DNA of 62,924 nucleotides, counting the filler, from Asterionella formosa (taxonomy: Eukaryota): the NCBI GenBank assembly GCA_002256025.1. It is 16 parts of 16 records of this genome, joined end to end, with 100 filler letters (N's around TTAATTAATTAA, not from the genome) between each part and the next. Parts side by side here need not be neighbours in the genome. Positions count along the whole stretch, not along the records: positions 1 to 16,141 come from NKIB01005081.1; 15 more parts are not named here. One strand, given 5' to 3'. Positions 1 to 11,659 of the stretch are shown here, piece by piece. Each line of letters starts with the position of its first letter. Position 1 is the first letter of the stretch. The position numbers were made by a program, and so were the translations under genes. The notes beneath the pieces were generated by a model. It saw nothing but the letters and a program-made list of their open reading frames with translations, was not told where the DNA came from and did no database searches.

Positions 1-514
1 GCCTTAGTATTCATAGTCATCATGTCGGCTACCTCAAGGGCCGATATTGCCAAAAAGTAAATCTCTCTGTGTGTAACCTAGTAAGCATTCAGGTATTATC
101 CTGTGAGTGAACCAAATATGTATTGCATTCGTCCTGATTTGTTTGTCTATGCTTGTAACTACCTCCACGAGTTAATAAAGTCGGCACTTTTGGGTGGTTT
201 TAAACCACTCCGTGTTGAGGCAGTCTTGAGCATACGCAATCACTAGTCCTGAATATCCTCAGTACACTTTGTCAATTCTATCTTGTTTAACATGAAGTGA
301 AAAATAATGCAATACACCGGCCGCTGTTGTAGTTTGCTTTGTCACAGCCAACCACAAAAGTAAGACAATGACTCCAATCTGCCGCATCGCTTTCCGCCAA
401 AATGGCTGTGCCTAGTTTCCGCAACAAAGTGACATTTTAAGACAGGAAAAAAAACTGTAAATGTATCGTAATTATCAAGTTCATTATAGTATTGATGCTT
501 CCATAATACAAAAC

Positions 515-1621
515 CTAGTCTGTTTTAGCCTTTGCGGCTACCTTCTTGGACTTGAGCCAAGTGAAGAAGGCAGGGCTTGCCAAGATAAACATGGGTTCGA
601 TAGTCCACATGATATCACCAGCAAAGTTCCCATGCCAATCTGCGTCATCATTCGACATTCCAAATTTGAGGGTTCGAACAAATGACGTCTGAGACTCGAG
701 TTCTGGATGTGCATAGTATGCGACAACACCAAGGAAGTATCCATAAAAAGCAATAGAGTTGATTGCAAAGTACAGGACCTCCCGGTATGCCAAATAGCGA
801 AAGCCCTTAACCTCTGTTTCCAGCCGATCCGCGGTATCATGGATCGCCTGCTTGGTATACCACTTGTCATCGGATGGTTTCAGCCATCGGTTCAAGGTAC
901 TTTGGAGTGTCTCCATCTCTTGGCTAAGGCTTTCTGACCCACCACCAGTACATGACCACAACGGCGATAATGTGTTATGTGACATAAGCTCCAATGTTTC
1001 GGCGGTAATGATTTCAGAAGGCACAGTCCCTTCACACTTGCGAAGGATAGATATCAAGTAGTCGACACGAGCAGCCTTGCTGATAAGGTCAATCGCATCG
1101 ATAATCATGTAATATAGAAGAGGGACAAGAGCAACCAACATGATCGTCAGAGCGTGTATAAGGCCCTGAACGCCTCCAATCCAGTTGGTATCGGTAACAT
1201 GCCAGCTATTGGCAAAGAGCCAGAAGAAGGCAAGGCCAATACTGAGAACGTTGATTCCAACAAAGATGGACCGCTTGGAAGCAGTCAACTCTTTGGAGAT
1301 ACTCTCGTCAACTATCAAGTCGGCAAGGGTCCTTTGAGCTGGGCGCGTCTCGATCAACTTGTTGATCTGGCCCATCTTGCCAAATCCAGCAGAAAAGATG
1401 AGATTTATTCCAGAGAGCGAAATGGAAACAAACGCATAGAACTGAGTTATGGAAATGGCGACCTCTAGTGGTGTGGTTTGATTGAGTGGCTCTGGTAAAG
1501 TGTAAAAGTCCTTGAGGAATGCCTGCGTTGCATTCGGATCGTACAGAAAAGAGTTGGAAAAGAGCTGCAAATCCTTGATGCAGCACATCATGTTTCGCAC
1601 CATCTGAACAACAGCGTCCAT
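515..1621 (-). CDS. Multi-pass membrane protein of unknown function (368 aa)
   Basis: Long ATG-initiated ORF with about 5-6 hydrophobic segments (e.g. IFVGINVLSIGLAFFWLFA, LIHALTIMLVALVPLLYYMII, VLYFAINSIAFYGYFLGVVAYY) and a Lys-rich tail KKVAAKAKTD; no family recognised. Confidence 0.75.
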   Translation of the reverse strand: MDAVVQMVRNMMCCIKDLQLFSNSFLYDPNATQAFLKDFYTLPEPLNQTTPLEVAISITQFYAFVSISLSGINLIFSAGFGKMGQINKLIETRPAQRTLADLIVDESISKELTASKRSIFVGINVLSIGLAFFWLFANSWHVTDTNWIGGVQGLIHALTIMLVALVPLLYYMIIDAIDLISKAARVDYLISILRKCEGTVPSEIITAETLELMSHNTLSPLWSCTGGGSESLSQEMETLQSTLNRWLKPSDDKWYTKQAIHDTADRLETEVKGFRYLAYREVLYFAINSIAFYGYFLGVVAYYAHPELESQTSFVRTLKFGMSNDDADWHGNFAGDIMWTIEPMFILASPAFFTWLKSKKVAAKAKTD

Positions 1622-1663
1622 CTTGAATTAACTAGTGAGAGCTTTCGTGGTTCAAATGTTCCT

Positions 1664-2159
1664 NNNNNNNNNNNNNNNNNNNNNNNNNNNNNNNNNNNNN
1701 NNNNNNNNNNNNNNNNNNNNNNNNNNNNNNNNNNNNNNNNNNNNNNNNNNNNNNNNNNNNNNNNNNNNNNNNNNNNNNNNNNNNNNNNNNNNNNNNNNNN
1801 NNNNNNNNNNNNNNNNNNNNNNNNNNNNNNNNNNNNNNNNNNNNNNNNNNNNNNNNNNNNNNNNNNNNNNNNNNNNNNNNNNNNNNNNNNNNNNNNNNNN
1901 NNNNNNNNNNNNNNNNNNNNNNNNNNNNNNNNNNNNNNNNNNNNNNNNNNNNNNNNNNNNNNNNNNNNNNNNNNNNNNNNNNNNNNNNNNNNNNNNNNNN
2001 NNNNNNNNNNNNNNNNNNNNNNNNNNNNNNNNNNNNNNNNNNNNNNNNNNNNNNNNNNNNNNNNNNNNNNNNNNNNNNNNNNNNNNNNNNNNNNNNNNNN
2101 NNNNNNNNNNNNNNNNNNNNNNNNNNNNNNNNNNNNNNNNNNNNNNNNNNNNNNNNNNN
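1664..2159. other. Scaffold gap (N run); further gaps at 7479-8093 and 11154-11659
   Basis: Plain N runs without the stop-codon linker, i.e. within-scaffold gaps. Confidence 0.95.
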
Positions 2160-2965
2160 TACCAAACAAGATTCATTGTACATGCAAGAGAGAATGAAAG
2201 TAAATAATTGTAAGTAGAAAGTCAGTAACGGTACTACCAGGTTGACTGCTACCGGTAGTACATGCATTTTGGCATTGAAAATAGATGCTCTGCTATTATT
2301 ATAAAATATATCATATAAACGACCGGTATAATGAAGAATAATAGCTATGTATAACTATTCTATATTATTCAAAAACGCAAGTGCACAAAAAGCGGGAGGA
2401 TGGCTGGTCGAGAAGTCAGAGGTTCATAGCGGCACAAGAACAACAAATTCATATTACCGGTATAGCTATGAGTCAGCTATACCCTGTTTGCTTAGGTTAC
2501 ATGTTAATTTTATATGAAGCGGTCTCATAGAAATCGTTACCAGTATTTCAGTGGTTGCAATAGGATTGTGGATGGGTAACCTTGGCCAACTTTTACATAT
2601 CACTTGATCACTTCACAAACTTACAGAATGTTCTTCGCATTTCACACATGTGGAAAGGGGTGGGGGCTACAAAGTTTCGTTGAAAGTCTATCATGACCTG
2701 TAAACCTCTAGCTATCATATACATCAAGTTACAAATTTGCAATCTGCAAGTGTCTGCAAATTATGTTCCTGGTCATCATGGTTAAACTTGGATACTGCCA
2801 CTCAAGTTTTACCAAAATAGAATGCCACCACCAGTGAGCAATTCAAGTCAAAATTGCAAAATCCTTCTATAAGAACAAATATTCACACTGGACGTGCTTG
2901 ATAACCTCATCTGCTTCATCATGATGGCAATATCCAGGGAAACAATAAATCGAGCCAGCTCTTGG

Positions 2966-3973
2966 CTACTCAATTGTTTCCATTGTATTCATATGATTTG
3001 TCAAAAGCTCCAATGCCTTTAGTGTCTGCTGTTGCACTATGCTTAAACTAAGCACACGTTGCTCCAGCAGGATCAGTTCTTCACGAACATGTTTCTGTGC
3101 TAATCCTTTATCATATTTGGCATGACCTTCAGGATAGTGAGATTCTCCAACAATCATGACCTTTTCGTCTTCTTTTAATGCTGCAATGGCATCACAAAGG
3201 ACAGCAATAATTAAGTTGACAACCACAAAGGAGGAAATAATAACAAACGCCAAAAGCGGGAACCATGACCAAGATCTAGCTGTCATGAGTTCCCGGGAAA
3301 CTGTCGAGAAATCATCCAATGTCATGATTTGGAATAGTGTAAAGAAGCTCAGGTCCAATCTTCCAAAATAGTTGTCAGTCGTTTCTCCGTCTGCATAAAG
3401 AGTCCCAAAGAGTTGGGTAAACATGACGGCGAAAATATAGAAAATCAATAATAACAGTAATCCAATAGCTGCCATTCTTGGCATGACACCAAAGAGAGCT
3501 TCAACCAGATTTTTCATCACCTTCATTCGTGTGACCAAGCGAAGTGCACGGAAAATCCGAAAGGCTCGAATAATTTGAATGGATGCAAAGGACCAGGACA
3601 TGATGATAATGAGGAAATCAAAGAGCAGCCAACCGTCCAAAAATAGGTGCAGTCCATGATAGATGAGCTGCATGGCAAGTTCCAGTGTAAAAATGGATAG
3701 AAAGACAGTATCGACAATATCAAACGCGTGGCTCACGGCTATACTTTCTGACACAACATTAAAGGTCGCGATTCCCATCATTAATGCGTTGATAGCAATG
3801 AACACTATCACACCAAGCTGGACTCGTTCATTGTTGACGCATGCGCCACAAAAGTTTCGACATTGTTGGACTGCTCGAAAAGCATTCTGTGTGGTTGATA
3901 TATTTGCTTCGTCGTCTCGTTCAGAAGAGGAATGTGACTCGACTTCGACTTTGTTCATATTTCTTTCGTTCAT
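2966..3973 (-). CDS. Single-domain (6TM) voltage-gated cation channel, BacNav-like / diatom EukCatA type
   Basis: S1 (VIVFIAINALMMGIATF), S2 (FLSIFTLELAMQL), S3 (GWLLFDFLII), Arg-rich S4 (IRAFRIFRALRLVTR), S5, pore helix and filter TLFQIMTLDDFST (3302-3322), S6 (FVVVNLIIAVLCD), C-terminal coiled coil. Confidence 0.92.
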   Translation of the reverse strand: MNERNMNKVEVESHSSSERDDEANISTTQNAFRAVQQCRNFCGACVNNERVQLGVIVFIAINALMMGIATFNVVSESIAVSHAFDIVDTVFLSIFTLELAMQLIYHGLHLFLDGWLLFDFLIIIMSWSFASIQIIRAFRIFRALRLVTRMKVMKNLVEALFGVMPRMAAIGLLLLLIFYIFAVMFTQLFGTLYADGETTDNYFGRLDLSFFTLFQIMTLDDFSTVSRELMTARSWSWFPLLAFVIISSFVVVNLIIAVLCDAIAALKEDEKVMIVGESHYPEGHAKYDKGLAQKHVREELILLEQRVLSLSIVQQQTLKALELLTNHMNTMETIE

Positions 3974-4899
3974 GCGGTTGTCTGCAATTTTGACGCCTGT
4001 TGTCTTCGGTCCTTGCTGCCCAGAATCTATTGCCTCTGTTTCGGGTTCAGTGCTTGTGAAATTCGTTCTTTGATGGAACCTCCACCGTTGGAAGAACCGG
4101 TCTACCGGTACTCTACTGCCGACTTGTTGTTAAGAGGCGTTGACGAGAGAAGTAATGGAAGTCCTACGAGAGAAATAAGTCAAGAAGCAAGCCAAGCGAT
4201 AGTCGAATAAGTAGAATCCAGTTGTTAGTCGCTGCTACCCGTAAGTATATTATGGTGGTCTGATGTTGGTCTTTGCTTGCCTCCTATACAGGTAGCCCAG
4301 CTACTTTATCACTAATCCGTGTTAGGGTCACCATAACTTAAATTTAGCTAACGGTTCTTTTTTGTACATATTCCGGTATGAATATATTGATGAGTGTATG
4401 GTAGACTGGTATTATAGGTGTGTCCTGTACGTACAAACTAATTACCGGTACCGGTATCCATGTTAACGACTGAGCTGCGCATGCCAGGATTAAGAACAAA
4501 CACGCATTGTTGCACCCCATGATCAATTCCTAAAGTACACACAAGGAACGAAGCATCGTCGATAAATTGGCTGGGCGACCTTCATTGGCGTCGCTTCCCA
4601 ATGGCGTACGTTGCTGTCAAGAAGGTACGAGAACGATCGATCATTGTGTTGCCTTATTACATCAATGCCAGAAGAAGCTGTGAGCGAGCGACTTGTGTGT
4701 GTTGCGCACCTTGCTGATTGTGATGGAGCTACCTGACGGCAGGGACTGGCAGCACTGAACTTGACCTTGGCTACTGTACCGAAAGTTGTGCCGGCGGAGT
4801 GTTGCACAAGTATCCATAACTAATAACTCAGCACCCCTCTCATTCTCCTTTCAACATAGGTTCAGTTTCAGTTTCACCGACTTTGATTCATCGCACACA

Positions 4900-6084
4900 A
4901 TGATCCGTTCGACAGTACTCGTACATGGAAAGGTGCATCGTACAAACGAGCTCGAAATCTTGACTACGGCCCAGCCAGTTCAGAAAACGAATAAAAGCGA
5001 ACGCCAGGCTCGGAATGATAGATGGAATCAATCGATAGAATCTACGGCAATCACAACCCCTGAAAGTAGTCGCGAATCGGACCACTCTGGTCCGACAGAC
5101 CAAATTGAAATCAACAACAACAGGAAGTGGACCGTGAAGCGATTCCGAACTCTCTGCGGTACCCTTGTCAATCATGCTCAAGTTCAGAATTGCGTTGTCT
5201 GTCTCATTCTTCTCAATGCCATCATCATGGGAGTGGCGACCTTCAGTTTTGTGACGGACAGTGCAAACATAGCAAGCGCCTTTGACACTACGGATTTGGT
5301 ATTTCTGATCATCTTTTCGGTGGAATTATCGTTTCAACTTGTATATCACGGATTCCGTCTCTTATCGGATGGGTGGCTTGTCTTTGATTTTATCATCATC
5401 GTTCTATCTTGGTCTCTATCCTCCCTTCAAGTGGTCAGAACATTTAGGGTTTTTCGAGCACTACGGCTCATTACGAGGGTACAAGTTCTCAAGAACCTGA
5501 TTGCTGCGCTTTTCTCGGTTGGACCGAGAATGGCTGGAATCACAGCTCTCCTTCTGCTCATTTTTTATATTTATGGGGTCATGTGTACGGGCCTCTTTGG
5601 AAGTCTGTTTGTCGACGGCGAAACGGAAGATGACTACTTTGGAAGGTTGGACAAGACGTTTTGGACTCTCTTTATCATGATGACATTGGATTGGTCCAGC
5701 GTTTCTCGGCAAGTTATGGCGGTATACAGCTGGGCATGGGTCGTCTTTGTATCATTTGTAATGGTATCATCATTCATTGTGTACAATTTGGTTGTTGCTG
5801 TTGTTTGCGATTCAGTTGCAATTATTGAAGCGCAGGGGAGGGACAATGAAACAGAAAACGTTCAACTTGCAGAGCAACGAAACTTGGAGCATGTCCGCGA
5901 CCTCAGTAAACGATTGGATATTCTAGCGATGGAACAAGGACTTATTCTGGAGGCTTTGTTGATCGCTTTGGATAAGATTGGCGTGGACACTCCACAAATA
6001 ACTTCTTTGTTTGCAGGAGATGGTAACGACAATGACCCCGTTGCACCACGATTTGATGAGAATCAAGCCACCACACGACGATGA
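4900..6084 (+). CDS. Second single-domain voltage-gated cation channel, BacNav-like / EukCatA type
   Basis: First in-frame ATG at 4900; S4 VRTFRVFRALRLITR, filter TLFIMMTLDWSS (5683-5700), S6 FIVYNLVVAVVCD, C-terminal coiled coil; clear paralogue of 2966-3973. Confidence 0.92.
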   Translation: MIRSTVLVHGKVHRTNELEILTTAQPVQKTNKSERQARNDRWNQSIESTAITTPESSRESDHSGPTDQIEINNNRKWTVKRFRTLCGTLVNHAQVQNCVVCLILLNAIIMGVATFSFVTDSANIASAFDTTDLVFLIIFSVELSFQLVYHGFRLLSDGWLVFDFIIIVLSWSLSSLQVVRTFRVFRALRLITRVQVLKNLIAALFSVGPRMAGITALLLLIFYIYGVMCTGLFGSLFVDGETEDDYFGRLDKTFWTLFIMMTLDWSSVSRQVMAVYSWAWVVFVSFVMVSSFIVYNLVVAVVCDSVAIIEAQGRDNETENVQLAEQRNLEHVRDLSKRLDILAMEQGLILEALLIALDKIGVDTPQITSLFAGDGNDNDPVAPRFDENQATTRR

Positions 6085-6348
6085 GACGATGATTGTGGTG
6101 ATGGAAATCCCAGGAAAATCAAGACAAAGTACAATTTTAGGAGCACTTGGCAAATCATACGGTTTGTGTTGACGGAAACTCGAGAAAGTCACGACTGTTT
6201 TTATAATGACGTTAAATAGTCAGCACTGCTGCTGCTGCTTTGTAAAATGAATATTTATATCTTTTCTTAATTACTAATTTAGGAAATAGAGGCGCGAATA
6301 TTCCTTGCACGAAATTTCAAATTGCTTAAAAGCAAGAAAAAAAATAGT

Positions 6349-8530
6349 CTACGACAAATCGAAGACAAATGGGTTTTTGCCTTCTCCCACTGATACTTTC
6401 ATGGGCGGACTGATGCCACCTTTTCGAATCTGAAGAGCGATCAAGTTGGGCGTTTTGGAATATGGAACATACGTTTCCGCATCATACCCGTTGCCTTGGT
6501 TGGCATGAATGTAAATGACGGGTTTGCCTAGTTTCCTGATATCGTCGGCAACTTCAGCAAAAAAGTCTTGTTGCTGCTGACTTGGTCGAGCATTCCCCAT
6601 GAGCACCACCGCGCGGAAGTTATTGTAGTTCGCGAGTTGTTCCTCGACCCATTGGACATTCTTGGCAAGTCGCTCTCTCCAGCTATCATTGTCAAACATT
6701 CGACCTCCAACCAAGTGAAGGCCAATGAATAGGACACCACTGTGTAAAAAGCAAAAGTTAGCGTCATTTCCAAGCTGGTGAGTCACTTGAAAATTTTGCT
6801 CGAAATTCTCTTCAAAGTGATTCAAAAAACGCTGCCAATTTTCAATGGCAGCTACGGGGATGGGGCAGTTGTTATAATCTTCCGGTCCCGGCAACACAAA
6901 GACAGGGACGGGACTAGTTTTCAAAAAGAGTCCCGCTCTGGAGTAAGCGGTCTCTGGACACATGGTGATGGAAGCATCTTGGACATTTCCCAAATGGACC
7001 ACAAAGGTGGCGTCACCGGAAAGGGATGCCAGGTCCGATTGAAGCTTTGTTTCTCCGCTCAAGTCATATGGAACATCGCCAGTGACATAAAACGTCACAC
7101 CATTAGGTCCCAAGTTAGTTGAGGAAGCACTACTGCTGTTTTGGTCGTTCTTGTTGTGGCTCACGACACCAGCCACAATGGCGATGATGCAAACAGCAAT
7201 AGCAACCACGAGACAAATGCGTCGTCGCTTTCGAGCCTTTTCGATACTCTGGGGTCCGCGATGCTTCATGAGAGGTGGAAGAGACGGTAACGAGTTTCCG
7301 TTCGACTGAAGGTCCACATCTTTCCAAATACCGTGTAGATTGGTAGTCTTGGATGGAGATGGTGATTCCTTTTTGCCGCTGGAGAAAATATTTCCCTTGA
7401 AGGAGGGAAAATTAGCTCCAAATATCTTGGGGGAACCATAATTCTTGTCACCATAAGGGCTGCTCCAAGACATGTTTCNNNNNNNNNNNNNNNNNNNNNN
7501 NNNNNNNNNNNNNNNNNNNNNNNNNNNNNNNNNNNNNNNNNNNNNNNNNNNNNNNNNNNNNNNNNNNNNNNNNNNNNNNNNNNNNNNNNNNNNNNNNNNN
7601 NNNNNNNNNNNNNNNNNNNNNNNNNNNNNNNNNNNNNNNNNNNNNNNNNNNNNNNNNNNNNNNNNNNNNNNNNNNNNNNNNNNNNNNNNNNNNNNNNNNN
7701 NNNNNNNNNNNNNNNNNNNNNNNNNNNNNNNNNNNNNNNNNNNNNNNNNNNNNNNNNNNNNNNNNNNNNNNNNNNNNNNNNNNNNNNNNNNNNNNNNNNN
7801 NNNNNNNNNNNNNNNNNNNNNNNNNNNNNNNNNNNNNNNNNNNNNNNNNNNNNNNNNNNNNNNNNNNNNNNNNNNNNNNNNNNNNNNNNNNNNNNNNNNN
7901 NNNNNNNNNNNNNNNNNNNNNNNNNNNNNNNNNNNNNNNNNNNNNNNNNNNNNNNNNNNNNNNNNNNNNNNNNNNNNNNNNNNNNNNNNNNNNNNNNNNN
8001 NNNNNNNNNNNNNNNNNNNNNNNNNNNNNNNNNNNNNNNNNNNNNNNNNNNNNNNNNNNNNNNNNNNNNNNNNNNNNNNNNNNNNNNNNNNNNGCGTCTG
8101 ATCCGTAGTTGATCGTTTCTTCTCTGTTGCGTCCACGCGATGACGAAAAGGAGAAACTCTTTTTTTCTTCTGGATGAGGGAGACTTGATCCAGCTCGTGA
8201 CAATCTGTCATTAAAATCTTCCTGATAACTAATGTCCATTTGACGTTGTGCCGCTCGATCTGCTGCTGCCGCCACCGCAGTCATTGTTGCCTTTTGTGAA
8301 TCGCGCTGGAGCTGCTGTGGGTCGGCCTCGTACTGGTTCCACCGATCGGGATTCGAAAAGGCAGAAGAAGGAGGACCGCTACTTGCTGTTGACCCAAAGG
8401 CACCACTGGGAGGGGGGCGTCCATTGCTGTTTCGTGGCGACGGGGAGACAACTGCCGGTTCCGAAAGTCGTTCCTTGACAGCCGATGGGTCGGGGCCCAT
8501 CAATTCATCAAAGTCGTTGTCCATCATCAT
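6349..8530 (-). CDS. Type II membrane protein with C-terminal calcineurin-like metallophosphoesterase fold (degenerate motifs); spans an assembly gap
   Basis: Low-complexity N-terminus (MMMDNDFDELMGPDP) above the gap; below it a basic patch + TM (RKRRRICLVVAIAVCIIAIVAGVV) then FYVTGDVPY, FVVHLGNVQD, VFVLPGPEDYNNC. Joining the two parts into one gene is an inference. Confidence 0.65.
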
Positions 8531-9677
8531 GCTGCTGCAATGTATAGAACTGACTGTGTACCAACGATCACACGACAATGTGAGATTCTAATTATATATA
8601 ATCGTGGGAAGTTAGAAACATGGCGCTTCCCCCAAAGGAGTATAGAAGGAGCACCCCAACGCTACGCACGCCAGTCCAAGCATTGCTTCCAAACGGGTAC
8701 TTAACAGTAAAAGTGGACTCGGGATAGTCAAGGTGCACGTACTATAAACCAAATAGGTGCGCGTTGGGTGACCCTATTGGTGGAGTGACTATGAATTCCG
8801 GGTATTTCTGATCGTGCATCCAATGATGGCTGCGAAAAAAATGCTCACACATATAAGAGCAACGCTTATAGTTTGCACCCTACAGCACTAGTCTCCTATG
8901 TGATGATGTAGAATTATTCAACAGTCGTAAACACATGAATGTCGATGATTGAAAAACCAGGGTACCACACCCTGGTACCAGGTACCAGTACTCTATGATG
9001 CAAGGAAACAATTTGTATACCGATGTATAGTATAGTACTGGTAGTTTTGGGAACAACCGGCATCCTCCATGGCTTGCTGCAGTGCGCTGTCAGACCAAAT
9101 TTTGCTCGTCGTACCCGCCTCGTAATACCGGTACCTGGTACCCTGGTACCTTTACTCTAGTACTGTAACTCGTACCGGTATTCACATGCAGATAACAGGT
9201 ATTATACGGGTACCTGGTAGACAACCTGGTTGAGTACATATACCTAACCGATATGTTCCATAATCAACTGTCCCCTTCATACCGGTGCATGTACCGGTAG
9301 TATGATATGCTGCATCCTACTCGACACAGTATATCCACAAATAGAGTGATACGATTTTCCTGAGGAGCCTAATTGTCACGCACTCGTCGGGCAGACGAAA
9401 TGTACACGTGTACTTGATGGTACTTCATGGAACGAGCACATTAGAACACGGATTTGTTTGGTGTTCGCACTCCCACGACCGGATGCAGTAAAAATAACTA
9501 CCGGTATGTATATATTACAATGATGTTGGTATTTAATTAGTCCGACCGTTTCCATCATAGTATTATTGTCCCACAACTTTCGTTAGTGACACCACCACAC
9601 TTCAGGCAGCCGCAGATCGCTCATTCTCCCAAACGTTGTCACAACCAACAGGAAACAAAGCAGCAACGACGAGTGCC

Positions 9678-10985
9678 ATGAATGGAGACGACGAGGGAGG
9701 AGGCAGCCACAGAAAAGGCAAGGAGGGCCCTCCCACAAAGCCGCAGTCTGATGCCTCCTTGTCGACTGCTTCCACCGCGCAGACGGGAGCCATGACGCCC
9801 ATGTCTCACCTAACGTGCACGCCTCAAACTCCTCGTCGGCGCACCAGGCATCACGCACCGACCACCAACGAAGGAGTCTTGCTGCTTCGGCGGACCACGA
9901 TGTGTTATTCGGCCGCGTCAGTGTGTTTTCTGATACTGTTTCTTGTGGCGTACCTTCCCCTGGCGGCGATTTTGTTTCTGCTGGCCTTTGTGGCGTCGGC
10001 GATGTTGTCGTCGTATAGCTTGTTTCAATACTTGGTTGCAGAAGTTAACAGAACTGTTCAAGGCAGAGGCTTTGGGCACTTCATTTCGGATTCAATGTAC
10101 AATCAGCTGACGGAGCTCACTCTCCACGAATGGATGCAGGACAGCTCCTTCACTAGGGAGTATCGGCATTTGATGCTATACTTTGTTCCTGGAATCACTC
10201 CCGAACAACTTGACATGTACATTGATCGACTCCCTCCGAGACATCGGGACAATTTGCGACGACATGGGCTTGGACATTTGGTGGGGGAATCGTTTATGCG
10301 ATTCCTTATGGGCGACGAGAGGTATCGTTTTCATTTGGAACATAATTCAGCTATTAGACCCTCTGAATTGGTCCTCCTTCCTCCTCCTCCCACCACTAGT
10401 AATAATTCGACATTGTCCATTTCACGTTTACTTTTTGTTGAAGACTCGGAAGACGAACACAGTGATTTGGGTTTGCAACTTACGTCAGAAGATATGGTGG
10501 ATGAGTCGATTATGGTCAGCAGTATCCTACAACAGACACCTGGTGAATCTCCAATCACCATGGCTCCATCACCATTTGTAACGTCGCCATTATCAGATGA
10601 TGTACAACTATTGCAAGAACAAGAGCAAGAAGCCATCATTCTGGCAGATGCCTTTTATTCCATGTCACAAACATATTTACGTCAAACCATGTCGTCCATG
10701 ACTGTGGCAAGTGTTTCTTTCATTGAATATATATCTCCAATTGTCATTGGAAGTGGATTGACTGTCACTGTTTTTTCTGCTGCTACTACTGCTGCTGTTG
10801 CTGGTATTGGCTTATTCGGTGGGTGGTTTGGGAATGGCCCATCCTCGCAAAGAACGGGACTAGTTGTAGGTTCCTCCACCATGATGTTTGGAGGGGCGTC
10901 GGTGTCTCTCATGTATCTTGTTCGCAGTGCGGTTCGAAGTTGTGCCAATACGAGCAACAAGTCAATAAAAAAGAAGGAGGAATAA
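9678..10985 (+). CDS. Hypothetical membrane protein (N- and C-terminal TM pairs around an acidic linker)
   Basis: Open ORF from ATG 9678 (MNGDDEGGG); hydrophobic VCFLILFLVAYLPLAAILFLLAFVASAML and C-terminal Gly-rich hydrophobic helices. Confidence 0.75.
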   Translation: MNGDDEGGGSHRKGKEGPPTKPQSDASLSTASTAQTGAMTPMSHLTCTPQTPRRRTRHHAPTTNEGVLLLRRTTMCYSAASVCFLILFLVAYLPLAAILFLLAFVASAMLSSYSLFQYLVAEVNRTVQGRGFGHFISDSMYNQLTELTLHEWMQDSSFTREYRHLMLYFVPGITPEQLDMYIDRLPPRHRDNLRRHGLGHLVGESFMRFLMGDERYRFHLEHNSAIRPSELVLLPPPPTTSNNSTLSISRLLFVEDSEDEHSDLGLQLTSEDMVDESIMVSSILQQTPGESPITMAPSPFVTSPLSDDVQLLQEQEQEAIILADAFYSMSQTYLRQTMSSMTVASVSFIEYISPIVIGSGLTVTVFSAATTAAVAGIGLFGGWFGNGPSSQRTGLVVGSSTMMFGGASVSLMYLVRSAVRSCANTSNKSIKKKEE

Positions 10986-11659
10986 TTATGATTGCAGTAA
11001 TCAGCCAAACTCTCTTTCAACGAAATTGTTTAGAACTATAGAAGGGGGAGCTGATGATCTATTGAGTGTATGTTTTATCATTTGCATGAATCGGAATCAC
11101 CAGAGCGAATACTATGCTCATTAATTAATAATACCAGTATTTTTCATACGAGCNNNNNNNNNNNNNNNNNNNNNNNNNNNNNNNNNNNNNNNNNNNNNNN
11201 NNNNNNNNNNNNNNNNNNNNNNNNNNNNNNNNNNNNNNNNNNNNNNNNNNNNNNNNNNNNNNNNNNNNNNNNNNNNNNNNNNNNNNNNNNNNNNNNNNNN
11301 NNNNNNNNNNNNNNNNNNNNNNNNNNNNNNNNNNNNNNNNNNNNNNNNNNNNNNNNNNNNNNNNNNNNNNNNNNNNNNNNNNNNNNNNNNNNNNNNNNNN
11401 NNNNNNNNNNNNNNNNNNNNNNNNNNNNNNNNNNNNNNNNNNNNNNNNNNNNNNNNNNNNNNNNNNNNNNNNNNNNNNNNNNNNNNNNNNNNNNNNNNNN
11501 NNNNNNNNNNNNNNNNNNNNNNNNNNNNNNNNNNNNNNNNNNNNNNNNNNNNNNNNNNNNNNNNNNNNNNNNNNNNNNNNNNNNNNNNNNNNNNNNNNNN
11601 NNNNNNNNNNNNNNNNNNNNNNNNNNNNNNNNNNNNNNNNNNNNNNNNNNNNNNNNNNN

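Noticed and set aside
1588..2267. Long X-filled ORFs over N runs (also 7472-8101, 11070-11768 and ORFs ending in LIN)
   Set aside because: Artefacts of translating Ns and spacers
4786..4899. GTG/TTG starts in the ORF track (4786, 9636, 16988, 20656, 26809, 28362)
   Set aside because: Eukaryotic locus: first in-frame ATGs or spliced upstream exons explain these genes
2966..6084. Channels as bacterial contamination or as parts of a split four-domain channel
   Set aside because: They share a scaffold with intron-containing, plastid-targeted genes, are on opposite strands and each has its own C-terminal coiled coil
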